Origin: Neoechinorhynchus agilis
Taxonomy: Eukaryota; Animalia; Acanthocephala
DNA length: 64,000 nt
Direction: 5' to 3'
Assembly: GCA_051530055.1 (NCBI GenBank)
Contig: CM121342.1
Location: 8,279,412-8,343,411 of the forward strand
Position 1 is the stretch's first letter, and each line of letters begins with the position of its first letter. This document shows, piece by piece, positions 12,838-22,949 of the stretch. The position numbers were made by a program, and so were the translations under genes. The notes under the pieces were generated by a model. It made no database searches, was not told where the DNA came from, and saw only the letters and a program-made list of their open reading frames with translations.

Positions 12838-12989
12838 CCTGCCTTAGTCCGAGATGTCGTCCTCTACTCGTGAGTGGTTAGGGCAGATTAAGGGTTTTGC
12901 AATAAGTTGAGCTTCAAAAGGGTGAGACTCAACTTTAATTATGCATCTGAAACTCTTTCGATGTGATGTTGTCGGATTTCTTCGTGTCT

Positions 12990-13335
12990 CGGACTTGGGC
13001 AATATCTGGTGCCACTGGCCGTCTCGAATGTAACAATGCGAATGGATATATGAACGCAGCTCTGCCACGCTCGCAGCGCCCCACTTACGGGATGCCACCT
13101 CAAAAGCGGGAGCAGTCGCCAGCTTCAGCGAGGAAAGGAAGCGGCATAAGTACTCGCTCGATGGGCATCAATATATATATTCATTCCGATTGCAATTGAA
13201 ACGTTGGGATGCCTCGGAAAGAAGCCGATTATTTCCTTTCCCGACTGGGAAAGATGCTGAAATATGCCACCGGCGACATGTGCTCCAGCAGTTTCCTGCG
13301 GCCATCAAGGAAGCTGCCGAACAATCATAACAACG
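12990..13335 (+). mobile_element. CRE-clade (restriction-like endonuclease) retrotransposon 3' fragment
   Basis: AGAVASFSEERKRHKY, FIPIAIETLGCLG, ATGD, AAIKEAAEQS* match the C-terminal REL region. Near-identical to 44210-44395. Confidence 0.8.
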
Positions 13336-13744
13336 TACGAAGGATTTCAGCGACAATCTTAAATTTTTTTGTTTGTTTCTCTTTGTGTAATGGGCGAGTC
13401 GTTTGAATTGACGTTTTCAAATGTTAACATTAAAAATTATATATTTTTTCAAATTGTAGACGAATCAGCGAGGTAGACCAATTGACAGTCTTCTATCGAA
13501 AAAAATCCAACGTGCTAACTTCCAGTTCTGAACATTTTAAAAGCTCGTTTCTGCTCTCAATACAAAGTCGCATTTTCTCCGAAATTCATCAAAAGCTGGT
13601 TTTTTTCAAAAAAAAACTGATTATAAAATGTTAAATTGAAAAAATTATTCGCTTCCCTCGCACGCACGACAATCTGTACAACTTCTGTTTGCCAACACGA
13701 GTAACAATATTGATTATGTGTTGGTTAGGAAAAACAATTATGGA

Positions 13745-16700
13745 TTAAGACTGATCAGAGGCTGTACCAAATCTTTTCTTCAAATAATCCCTGCAAATCT
13801 TCAACAAATGAGCGATGTTGTTATATCGTCTTTCAAGCTCAGCTTCCCTGGGGCTTTTAGCTTCACCAGTCATGTGATCTTCAGTCCCAAACTGAAATGA
13901 ACCGTCTTCACTAAATGGATTGCTATGTAAGTTGGCACTATATTTCTGTTCAGTTTCGTGTTGTGGTGATTGCGTTGAATTGAGACCATTGGTTCTGCTC
14001 ATTTTCCGATAGTTGGCTTTACGTAATTCCGAACTAGCGTCGTCCTTTAGATAACTCACTTTTACAACAGGGTCAGATCCCGATGGTACAGACGTTTCCG
14101 AAACCTCCGGAATAACAGAACTGTCTTCATAATCGGTCACATAATCGTCTTCATCCTCATCATCTTCTTCATCACCATCGCTCGTTCCTTGAGATAAAAA
14201 CGACTGAATGTCTGTATAGTCCACAAACGAATTTGTAGATATTTCACTGTAAGACCCACTGCTGGTTAAGTCTTCACTATATAATGTTGACTCTTCACTC
14301 CCGTACGAAATTGAAGAACTTTGATCACTCGTCTGACTTACCGTTGATTCATGCAATTTCCCAGTTGTCGTGTACGAATTCGCTGTTTGCTTAGGAAATG
14401 CAGATTGATCAACCGTTAAAGAATCGAAATTACTCGTGGCACTGGCCAGTTCAGTTGATGTTGAGAAATCATTAATACTTATACTATGCCGTTGTTCAGC
14501 ACTTATTTCACTAACTAAATCCGACTGCGTTGTCCTGGTTCCAACACTTTCCATCAGGTACGCATCCGTCGTAAATTCCGGGACGAATTCACTTTTAAGA
14601 ATACTTTTTCTTGGATCGATTTCTCGCTCATCTGTGCCCTCATATAATGTATACTCATCGCTGGTCAACTGCTCAGTTTTTAGAATAGAACTTGATGTCA
14701 ATTCTTCGACAGGTGCTTCCGATTCGCTGAGACGCGGTGCAAATAAAGTCTCTGGCTCTTTTGGACGATCAAAATCCATCGGTGCTGTCACCATATTATC
14801 GTCCGTTGTGGTCATAAAAGGCAAAGGCTGAGCAGTGTCATCTTTCTCCTTCATAGTCTGAGACTTTTCTGTACGTTTCATGTCGTGAATAGCAGCGGTC
14901 GAATCAACGGGACTCGTGATTTCCTTCACAGTCGTAGTAGCTGTTCCAATGAATCCTTCGGTATCTTGTTCAATTGAATCTTTGAACGTCACCGTGTCCG
15001 GTTCTTTGCTTCCGGTGCTAGCGATTTGATGGCTTTCAGTTTGCTCTTCTTCTTTCAATTGGCTCTCAGAAGGAATAGTTCCCGGTTCATTGTCATGAAT
15101 AGCAGTGGTCGAATCAACGAGACTTGTGATTTCATTCATAGTCGTAGTTGTTTTTCCAATAAATTCTTCGGAATCTTCTTTAGTTGAATCTTTGAATGTG
15201 GCCGTATCCGGTTCTTTGCTACTGGTGCTAACTATCTGCTGGCTTTCAGTTTGCTCTTCTTCGAATTGGCTCTCCGAGGGATTAGTTCCCGATTCATGGT
15301 CATGAATAGCAGCGGTCGAATCAACGGGACTTGTACTTTCATTCATATTCGTAGTGGCTGTTCTAATGAATCCTTCTGTATCTTGTTCAATTGAATCTTT
15401 GAACGTCACCGCACCCGGTTCTTTGCTTCCGGTGCTAGCGATTTGATGGCTTTCAGTTTGCTCTTCTTCTTCTTCGAATTGGCTCTCAGAAGGAGGAGTT
15501 CCCGATTCATGGTCATAAAAAGCAACGGTTGAATCAGCGGGACTCGCGATTTCCTTCACAGTCGTAGTTGCTGTTCCAAGGAATCCCTCGGTATCTTGTT
15601 CAATTAAATCTTTGAACGTCACCGTGTCCGGTTCTTTGCTATTGGTGCTAACTATCTGCTGGCTTTTAGTTTGCTCTTCTTCTTCTTCGAATTGGCTCTC
15701 AGAAGGAATAGTTCCCGATTCGTGGTCATGAATAGCTACGGTCGAATCAACGGGATTTGTGATTTCTCTCACAATAGTAGCAGCTGCTCCAATGAATCCC
15801 TCGGTATCTTGTTCAACTAAATCTTTGAACGTCACTGTATCCGGCTCTTTGCTTCCGGTGCTAGCAATTTGATAGCTTTCAGTTTGCTCTTCTTCGAATT
15901 GACTCTCAAAAGGAATAGTTCCCGATCCATAGTCGTGCATAGCAACGGTCGAATCACTGGGGGGACTTGTGATTTCCCTCACAGTTGTAATTGTTTTTCC
16001 AATGAATCCTTCGGTATCTTGTTCAATTAAATCTTTGAACGTCGCCGTTTCCGGTTCTTTGCTACTGGTGCTAACTATTTGCTGGCTTTGAGTTTGCTCT
16101 TCTTCTTCGAATTGGCTCTCAGAAGGAATAGTTCCCGGTTCATTGTCATGAATTGCAGCGGTCGAATCAACGGGACTTGTGATTTCCCTCACAGTCGTAG
16201 TAGCTGTTCCAATGAATCCTTCGGTATCTTGTTCAACTAAATTTTTGAACGTTACCGTATCCAGTACTTTGCTTCCTGTGCTAGCGATTTGATGGCTTTC
16301 AGTTTGCTCTTCTTTGAATTGGCTCCCAGAAGGAATAGTTCCCGATTCATGGTCGCGAAAAGCAGCGGTCGAATCAACGGGACTTGTGATTTCCCTCACT
16401 GTCGTAGTCGTTTTTTCAATGAATCCTTCGGTATCTTGTTCAATTGAATCTTTGAACGCCACCGTACCCGGTTCCTTGCTTCCGGCGCTTGCGATTTGAT
16501 GGCCTTCAGTTTCCTCGTCTTCTTTGAATTGGCTCTCAGAAGGAATAGTTCCCGATTCATGGTCATGAATAGCAGTGGTCGAATCAACGGGACTTGTGAT
16601 TTCATTCATAGTCGTAGTTGTTTTTCCAATAAATCCTTCGGAATCTTTTTTAGTTGAATCTTTGAATGTGACAGTATCCCGTTCTTTGCTACTGGTGCTA

Positions 16701-18034
16701 ACTATCTGCTGGCTTTCAGTTTGCTCTTCTTCGAATTGGCTCCCCGAAGGAATAGTTCCCGATTCATGGTCATGAATAGCAGCGGTCGAATCAACGGGAC
16801 TTGTGATTTCCCTCCCAGTCGTAGTAGCTGTTCCAATGAATCCTTCGGTATCTTGTTCAATTAAATCTTTGAACGTCACCGTATGCGGTTCTTTGCTTCC
16901 GGTGCTAGTGATTTGATGGCTTTCAGTTTGCTCTTCTTCGTAGTGGCTCTCAAAAGGAATAGTTCCCGATCCATAGTCGTCAGCAGTGGATGAATGCGGA
17001 CTTGTGCTTGACTCCGTTTGCCACATTGACAATAGGTCATCTTCGTCTTCACTAACAATAGACCATGGTTTCTCTTCTGAAGTCATTTGATTCATACCGA
17101 AATCTTCTTCAGATTCCGTTAAGTGTTTAACTGCAATTTCAGGATCGGATAAAAGTTGAGACGTCGGGTTCGGTCTAATCGTTGTAGTTGTAAAGTTTTC
17201 TGTTCCAGATTCTAAATTTTTAAAAGAATCGTGAATTGCTGTATCGAATGCGGTAGTAGACGCGATTGATGGAAATGGAGCCACCGTGGTTGTTGCTATT
17301 CGCTCTTCTAGATCATCAGGAGAATCAGTTTGTTCTACTGCTCCAGAAGATGTGTTTTGAGCAGTAGTTGTCATTACTGGCATTGTTGTAGTTCTTTGTC
17401 TCGTAGTTTCCATTGTGGTTGTAGCCTTTGCAGGAATCCTTGTTTTGGCATCTTCAATTGTCGGTGGATGTTTCCTTTGGGCCGTCACCTGATCTGGATA
17501 ATCTCTCAAATGCTGACGATTAGGTCGTTTCTGATCGGCCGGTGTAACAGTGTCATCATGAGGACCGATACTAAACTGGTGCAGTTCATCAGACTCTTCA
17601 TCGCTGTTGATCTCAAGTACTTCTGTTACAAATCTATCGGTTATGGTTATTGTAGGCGACGTAGCCACCTCCGAGACGACGGTTGATTTATCCGAAATCA
17701 CACCTCCGACGTGTTCGGGAACTCCATAGTTCTTCACATAGTAATCCAGTAAAGCATGTTGATACGCATTTCTTCGTATGAGGTACCTTCTTATGGCCAA
17801 TTGGAATTCATGTTCATTGGCAACCTTTCTTAGATCGACGAGAAGACTTGTTTCGAAGGGTAGAAATCTTTTAGTGGTTCTTTCTATCAACGGGTAGTAG
17901 TTTAAAAATGCCGAGGTTTGATCGTCGGAGATCTCAGTCTCTAAATCCGGTTTTGTAAAGACACTCAGAGAAACCAGCTCATGGATCCAACTAGTGATAA
18001 AGAGTAAAGATGATAGTAAAGATACCGGCTGCAT
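13745..18034 (-). CDS. Large secreted mucin-like Ser/Thr/Glu-rich repeat protein (1429 aa from the first in-frame ATG)
   Basis: Uninterrupted 4.5-kb ORF. The first ATG (18034) begins a hydrophobic signal-peptide-like stretch MQPVSLLSSLLFITSWIHELVSLS. No recognisable globular domain. Confidence 0.8.
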   Translation of the reverse strand: MQPVSLLSSLLFITSWIHELVSLSVFTKPDLETEISDDQTSAFLNYYPLIERTTKRFLPFETSLLVDLRKVANEHEFQLAIRRYLIRRNAYQHALLDYYVKNYGVPEHVGGVISDKSTVVSEVATSPTITITDRFVTEVLEINSDEESDELHQFSIGPHDDTVTPADQKRPNRQHLRDYPDQVTAQRKHPPTIEDAKTRIPAKATTTMETTRQRTTTMPVMTTTAQNTSSGAVEQTDSPDDLEERIATTTVAPFPSIASTTAFDTAIHDSFKNLESGTENFTTTTIRPNPTSQLLSDPEIAVKHLTESEEDFGMNQMTSEEKPWSIVSEDEDDLLSMWQTESSTSPHSSTADDYGSGTIPFESHYEEEQTESHQITSTGSKEPHTVTFKDLIEQDTEGFIGTATTTGREITSPVDSTAAIHDHESGTIPSGSQFEEEQTESQQIVSTSSKERDTVTFKDSTKKDSEGFIGKTTTTMNEITSPVDSTTAIHDHESGTIPSESQFKEDEETEGHQIASAGSKEPGTVAFKDSIEQDTEGFIEKTTTTVREITSPVDSTAAFRDHESGTIPSGSQFKEEQTESHQIASTGSKVLDTVTFKNLVEQDTEGFIGTATTTVREITSPVDSTAAIHDNEPGTIPSESQFEEEEQTQSQQIVSTSSKEPETATFKDLIEQDTEGFIGKTITTVREITSPPSDSTVAMHDYGSGTIPFESQFEEEQTESYQIASTGSKEPDTVTFKDLVEQDTEGFIGAAATIVREITNPVDSTVAIHDHESGTIPSESQFEEEEEQTKSQQIVSTNSKEPDTVTFKDLIEQDTEGFLGTATTTVKEIASPADSTVAFYDHESGTPPSESQFEEEEEQTESHQIASTGSKEPGAVTFKDSIEQDTEGFIRTATTNMNESTSPVDSTAAIHDHESGTNPSESQFEEEQTESQQIVSTSSKEPDTATFKDSTKEDSEEFIGKTTTTMNEITSLVDSTTAIHDNEPGTIPSESQLKEEEQTESHQIASTGSKEPDTVTFKDSIEQDTEGFIGTATTTVKEITSPVDSTAAIHDMKRTEKSQTMKEKDDTAQPLPFMTTTDDNMVTAPMDFDRPKEPETLFAPRLSESEAPVEELTSSSILKTEQLTSDEYTLYEGTDEREIDPRKSILKSEFVPEFTTDAYLMESVGTRTTQSDLVSEISAEQRHSISINDFSTSTELASATSNFDSLTVDQSAFPKQTANSYTTTGKLHESTVSQTSDQSSSISYGSEESTLYSEDLTSSGSYSEISTNSFVDYTDIQSFLSQGTSDGDEEDDEDEDDYVTDYEDSSVIPEVSETSVPSGSDPVVKVSYLKDDASSELRKANYRKMSRTNGLNSTQSPQHETEQKYSANLHSNPFSEDGSFQFGTEDHMTGEAKSPREAELERRYNNIAHLLKICRDYLKKRFGTASDQS
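14880..16985 (-). repeat. Coding minisatellite: ten 207-213-bp units (69-71 aa)
   Basis: Unit consensus HDHESGTIPSESQFEEEQTESHQIASTGSKEPDTVTFKDLIEQDTEGFIGTATTTVREITSPVDSTAAI. All indels are in frame. Confidence 0.95.
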
Positions 18035-19269
18035 GTTCTCCCGTTTGAGCTCCGATCGGGGTTTCTTTTTCCGGCGTTGATGGTGATCAAGTTTTGGCAA
18101 TCTTTCTATATTTATGCCGTATAGTACAAACAAATGTCTCGTTTTATACCCGCCCTGTGCCTCGTTCCCATCAGCAGCTCCATCATTGGTGCCTATTGAT
18201 GCGCTTAATTGTACATAGCCGAATACCAAGATGAAATAGTTGATAGAAAAGTCATACAAAAGGTGCAAGAACGGTTTGCCTGAGATGCTTCTCTATCGTG
18301 TACTTGACTGCACAGACTATTAACCAATTTTTCTGTCTCAGTGGATCGTCTATCCTCCGAATTGAACACGCAAGACCTCGCATAGAGAATGTTTATCCAA
18401 CCGTCTCAAAGACCTTGTGATTTACTCAGTCGAAAATACTATCGGAATTTGCGACAGTGAGCAAATAGAGTAGTTGGTCACCTTAAAAAGTCTGGAGATT
18501 AATCGGTTTAAACGGTAATCTGATCTTAGGACGTAATTATCTCGAAATTAGGACAGTACAGTTCACTCGTCCAGAAACCCGGTCTTTCCTAAGCCATAGT
18601 TTTAAATAATAGATTATGTAACAGTCAATTATAGACCTTGATGAGCTTGTTATTAATAGCCACATTCATAATTTATCATTGACTTTGTCCCATTCTGGGG
18701 CTTTTCCTAGAAAATGTTTTTCAAAGTCGAATTTTTTAAGGTTTCTTATACACGCGAAAAGAAACCCGATAAAATTCATTATGAAAATGCCGCTTAAAAT
18801 CCATATACGGAATAGGTTTGTTGAACAAAAATTACATACGAAAAATCGAATGTTATTTCCTAGAAGACGAGCTTCATTCGACTATCGTCACAGGCTTAAA
18901 ATTGAACAGTGAAAACGAAGTGGGAAATTTCACTCCTTTTTAATTTATAATCCATATGAAAAGCTAGGATCAAAGCCGCGTAAATTGTTTGTGCCTCACA
19001 AAAGGTTTTACATTATTATTGATTGCCGCTTTATCCATGAGTTACTTCTTGGAACCTCGCGTTCATCTCACTTTTAAGCGAATAAATCAAGGGATTTAAG
19101 AAAAAGAATATCGTAAGTAAGGAAACTTGCAATAGCCATTTGAATTTTAAATTCCCACATTTTGTCTCTCGCTGCAATCTGCTTAGCTGAATATCCCAAA
19201 GATTATTAATTGACGCGATTGGAAATTAAGATTAAGGCATCTTTAAAGTGTAGAATGAGAATTTTTTTA

Positions 19270-19695
19270 TCAGTCTTCGTCCAAAAGAAGTTCGTCTTTC
19301 AATATGTCTTCAAATAAAACAACGCCCAAAAGACGAAGCATTTCGGGCATAAACTCTTCTTTTTCTTTTGCACAAATCTCTTTATAGCGAGCAAAATCGA
19401 TTGGTTCGAAGGATTGATCCAGGGACGATAACAAAGTCCCTGGGCAATCGTTTCCATTTCTTAAAATTTGATCTACTTCCTCTTCCATCTCCGTCGTCTC
19501 TTCTGGTGTTAACTCCCAACTTTCATTTTCATAACTGGATCGCTCTTGGCTCCCCGAAGAAGCTCCAATAATCTTTTCTTGTTTCTCTTGATCCATCACA
19601 GTCTTATTATCTTCGTCAGATTCGTCTAGCAAATTTAAATCTTTGGATTTTATTGACTCAGAAGAGTAAAGAACAATGGAAAAAAGTATCACCAT
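19270..19695 (-). CDS. Small acidic orphan protein with signal-peptide-like N-terminus (141 aa)
   Basis: True ATG, MVILFSIVLYSSES, then a D/E-rich body with coding-like composition in AT-rich flanks. Confidence 0.55.
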   Translation of the reverse strand: MVILFSIVLYSSESIKSKDLNLLDESDEDNKTVMDQEKQEKIIGASSGSQERSSYENESWELTPEETTEMEEEVDQILRNGNDCPGTLLSSLDQSFEPIDFARYKEICAKEKEEFMPEMLRLLGVVLFEDILKDELLLDED

Positions 19696-20246
19696 GACGA
19701 CCGCTTATTGACGCCTCGGTCCAAAAAGTCTACAACAAGTAAATTTTATTCATTTGGCCAAGTTGTCTGACCTGCAGAAAACTTCAAAGTTGATTTTGAT
19801 AAAGATTTCGTAATAGCTTAAAATATAATTTGCTTTATTTAATCTTTCTGTCCCTTAAGTGCGAATGACGACCTCAGTTAATTGAATTTGACCTTTAAAT
19901 TTATTTATCTTGAGTATCGTTTTTTGTTGGTCAATAATTTTGATTTTCGAAAACGTGTACTCATTTTCCATCAATTCTTCAAAATCTATTAAGTTTTTTT
20001 TGGGAAATCCAGACGTTTTTGGTTTTTGGTGATTTAAAACGTTTCATTATAAAACTGGCATTGATTATCCCGGCGGTATTTAACAGTTCATTTTTCAGAG
20101 ATGATGTATTTTAGTTAATTTTAGGCGACATAGAGCTGGAGGCATTATTTACATTGTTTACTTTTAGATTTGGAGATTTACAATAAGAGAAAGATTCCAA
20201 TAAATCGGATTTGATTTTCCAATATCCGTGGATGAAATTTTGAACG

Positions 20247-20318
20247 TCGGTGTTAGTATAGTGGTGAGTATACCCGCCTGTCACGCGGGTGACCGGGGTT
20301 CGATTCCCCGACACCGAG
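20247..20318 (+). tRNA. trnD: tRNA-Asp(GTC)
   Basis: Acceptor stem tcggtgt/acaccga, anticodon arm cccgc-ct-GTC-ac-gcggg, T-loop ggttcgattcc. Confidence 0.97.
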
Positions 20319-20661
20319 ATCGAATCTTTAAAAGACGTTCATTGACATTTGTACGACCCAAATAGAGTTATATTTAAATCAATAAATTCTTAATTTCATT
20401 CATTTTCTCCTATCGACAAATAGTTGATTTATTTGCCTAAATTGGGCGGCAATCTAAAATGTGAGGTTGGGAGATACAAAACAGGTCACAATATCCGCAT
20501 CGAGTTCACTAGCTCATTCCTCTTGTTGTCGATGAGGTGCATCCTCCCTGATCCTCCGATTCGAACCCATCGCCTCTCCCGAAATCACCGCCGTCGCTAT
20601 CGCTAAATCCACCGGGTCTCGGGTTTTATAAATGATGTTGAAAAGATAATTCATTGTTATT

Positions 20662-20903
20662 TGTTGATAGGAGAGATAAATGAAATTAAGATTTTATTGG
20701 ATATTTCGATCCACTATCTCGGCAGACCAACAATTTCACCCGACGGATGAAGGAACACGAATCATCAGTTGTTCGCAACACGGGTATTAGTTCCGCAGCG
20801 GTGGCCCATGCAAAAAACACAGGGCACACTATTAATTTTAGTGCCGCTACAACGATCGAAATATCCAATAAAATCTTAATTTCATTAATCTCTCCTATCA
20901 ACA
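20662..20903. mobile_element. 242-bp MITE-like element with 50-bp terminal inverted repeats
   Basis: 20662-20711 is the reverse complement of 20854-20903 with one mismatch. A third degenerate arm copy lies at about 20385-20423. Confidence 0.75.
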
Positions 20904-20904
20904 T

Positions 20905-22930
20905 TTATAAATGATCTCGGTAGAGAGGTTCACCTCGCCATCTGAATGGCACCGCGAATGATGTTCCGCCCAAGGTGTGGCTTTTGGCGAACTCTCGCAC
21001 TACGAACATGTTCCGTGTAACTCGTTTGTACAGCGGTCGCTCCGTCTTCCCAATGAATGTGATATAACGCCATTTCCTTCTTCTTAGGCAACGTTCGCAG
21101 ATTATCTTATACAAAACGTTGCGTTCTCTCCACACCGCGCAGCACCATATCGACCCCTCCTGTCCTTGTCTGGCGCAAATCTGGAATGAACTTGGTGCTT
21201 CATGATGTCTCCGGTTAACCAGACGAACATCCAATCCAGCTCTTGATAGCAGTCGTCTTATGTTGCTCGTAAATTGCTCGCTAACGAATGGAATCTTCAG
21301 AATGGTCTTTAGTTTTTGACGATTCCTCTCGAGATCATCAACTATTCGCTGGCTAGCATTTTCCGGGCGTATTTGAAGTCTTCTGATCTCCTGACCTGAG
21401 TATCCATTCTGAGTCAACAATTCATTGATTTCCTGAACTGCCAATCGTTCCGCATCTACCGATGATGAGCACGTCCGTGCAGTCCGATGCATCTGAACGT
21501 AGATCGTCTGTTTTATCATTTAAGGGTGATGAGAATCTCGATGCATGAAGATGGCCTTCTTGCACCGCTTGCGGTACCAACTGTATTCGTTTATATCATT
21601 GGCGTTGAAACATAGATTCAGGGACGACAGGTAATCCGCTGCCCCGGGTAACTCTGATCCGCCTAGCCGAATCCATCCAATCCACCGGGACTCCACGTCA
21701 TTCCCTTCACTCTCCTCTTTGTAGGTGAACAAAACATCATCCACATAGCGGAGATAAATTTGGTTCAACGCTTGGTGTTTGAAGATGCTATGCCTTTCAA
21801 AATCATTAAGGAAAATGATAGCTAAGGCTGGAGCTAAACTATTTCCCAATTGATAATCCGCCGATCTAGCAGTATATCTGGTTGCCACATTGGAAAAGGT
21901 TGCAATCCAAAACCATCCGGCTGAGGCGAATCACATCGAGATTGATATCCTCTCCGCACTCTCCCAACCTTCTCTTCAGTGCTCTGGTTCCTGCTTCGTT
22001 GTCCACATTCATATAAAGCGATTCGATGTCGAAGGACATGGCGTGGCTACCCATTTCAAGTAGTCCCTCGACATTTCTTACATATGAGGCTGTCCTCTGA
22101 ATCAACGGACTGACCGCCATTGCCAAGAGCCGAGATATCCTGTAGGTAGGTTCGTTAACAGCCGAAATTATCGGGCGACATTTTAATAAATTTGCGGTCG
22201 TTGTTGTAATCGGGACAATTGGCATTTTGTACATCTTAGCCATTGTATACATTACTGGAATGCGCAATAGTCCGCGTGTAAAGCCGTTCATACCTCTCAG
22301 ATTTCTAACGGCAATCACTTCTCGAAGGCCATGATTCAGCTGCTTTCTCTTCGATTCGGTATCGTCTTTATCCTCTCGCTTGTACGAACTATCATCACTC
22401 AATATCTCGTCCATCATTGCGGATTCAACACTTCCGTTTATTGCCACTAAATCACTACCCCTGCCGCTCATACGTATTTGAATCGTTTTATCTTTGATTT
22501 TCTCCTTAATCGAAATCAGCGCCTGCCGCTCGCCTCTCGATATGTTTGACTTATGCCTCTGTCCAATGTGAAGATTCATCAAAACCTCGATTTCCTCTCT
22601 TATCATTAGCAGTTGCCTTTCTGTATGATCATTTGCCTTAGGATCTGCTACCATTTGTCTCTCAGTCTAAGCGTGGTCTTGACTTCCATAATTGTTTCGA
22701 TTCTCTGCTATCATCCGTGATCGGCAAAGCCGCATTTTCGCTATTCTCTTTCGACGCTCTCACTCGCAACTGATAACTCAAACGGGCGATATCGACTTGA
22801 AGCTGGAAAACATCTATTTGTGTGAGTTTCCTAATCGGCGCGAAGCATGGTCCTCGGGAGAGGAATCTGCGTTCCTCGATATTCAGTATGTCAAGCGGTG
22901 TGCATGCCATTCTCTGATGCAAAATGTAAG
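20905..22930 (-). mobile_element. Near full-length degenerate Penelope-like element (Naiad-type motifs)
   Basis: SNISRGERQAL; CRPIISAVNEPTY; SFDIESLYMNV; GNSLAPALAII; RYVDDVLF; LTQNGYS; VLYKIICERC..FIGKTERPL. Confidence 0.9.
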
Positions 22931-22949
22931 ATAGCAGGATATTATTGCG

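Noticed and set aside
18035-18268. 78-aa N-terminal extension of the mucin ORF given by the ORF track
   Set aside because: It starts at TTG with a stop shortly upstream; the first ATG at 18034 already gives a signal-like peptide. An upstream exon cannot be excluded.
20734-20768. CTGATGA...GAAA on the minus strand next to a Penelope end (hammerhead ribozyme?)
   Set aside because: I could not form stem II or a stem III with an NUH cleavage triplet.
21520-22664. Selenocysteine read-through in the Naiad-like element
   Set aside because: The interrupting stops are TAA (21520-21522) and TAG (21866-21868); the single TGA (22662-22664) is followed by a frameshift. No evidence in this copy.
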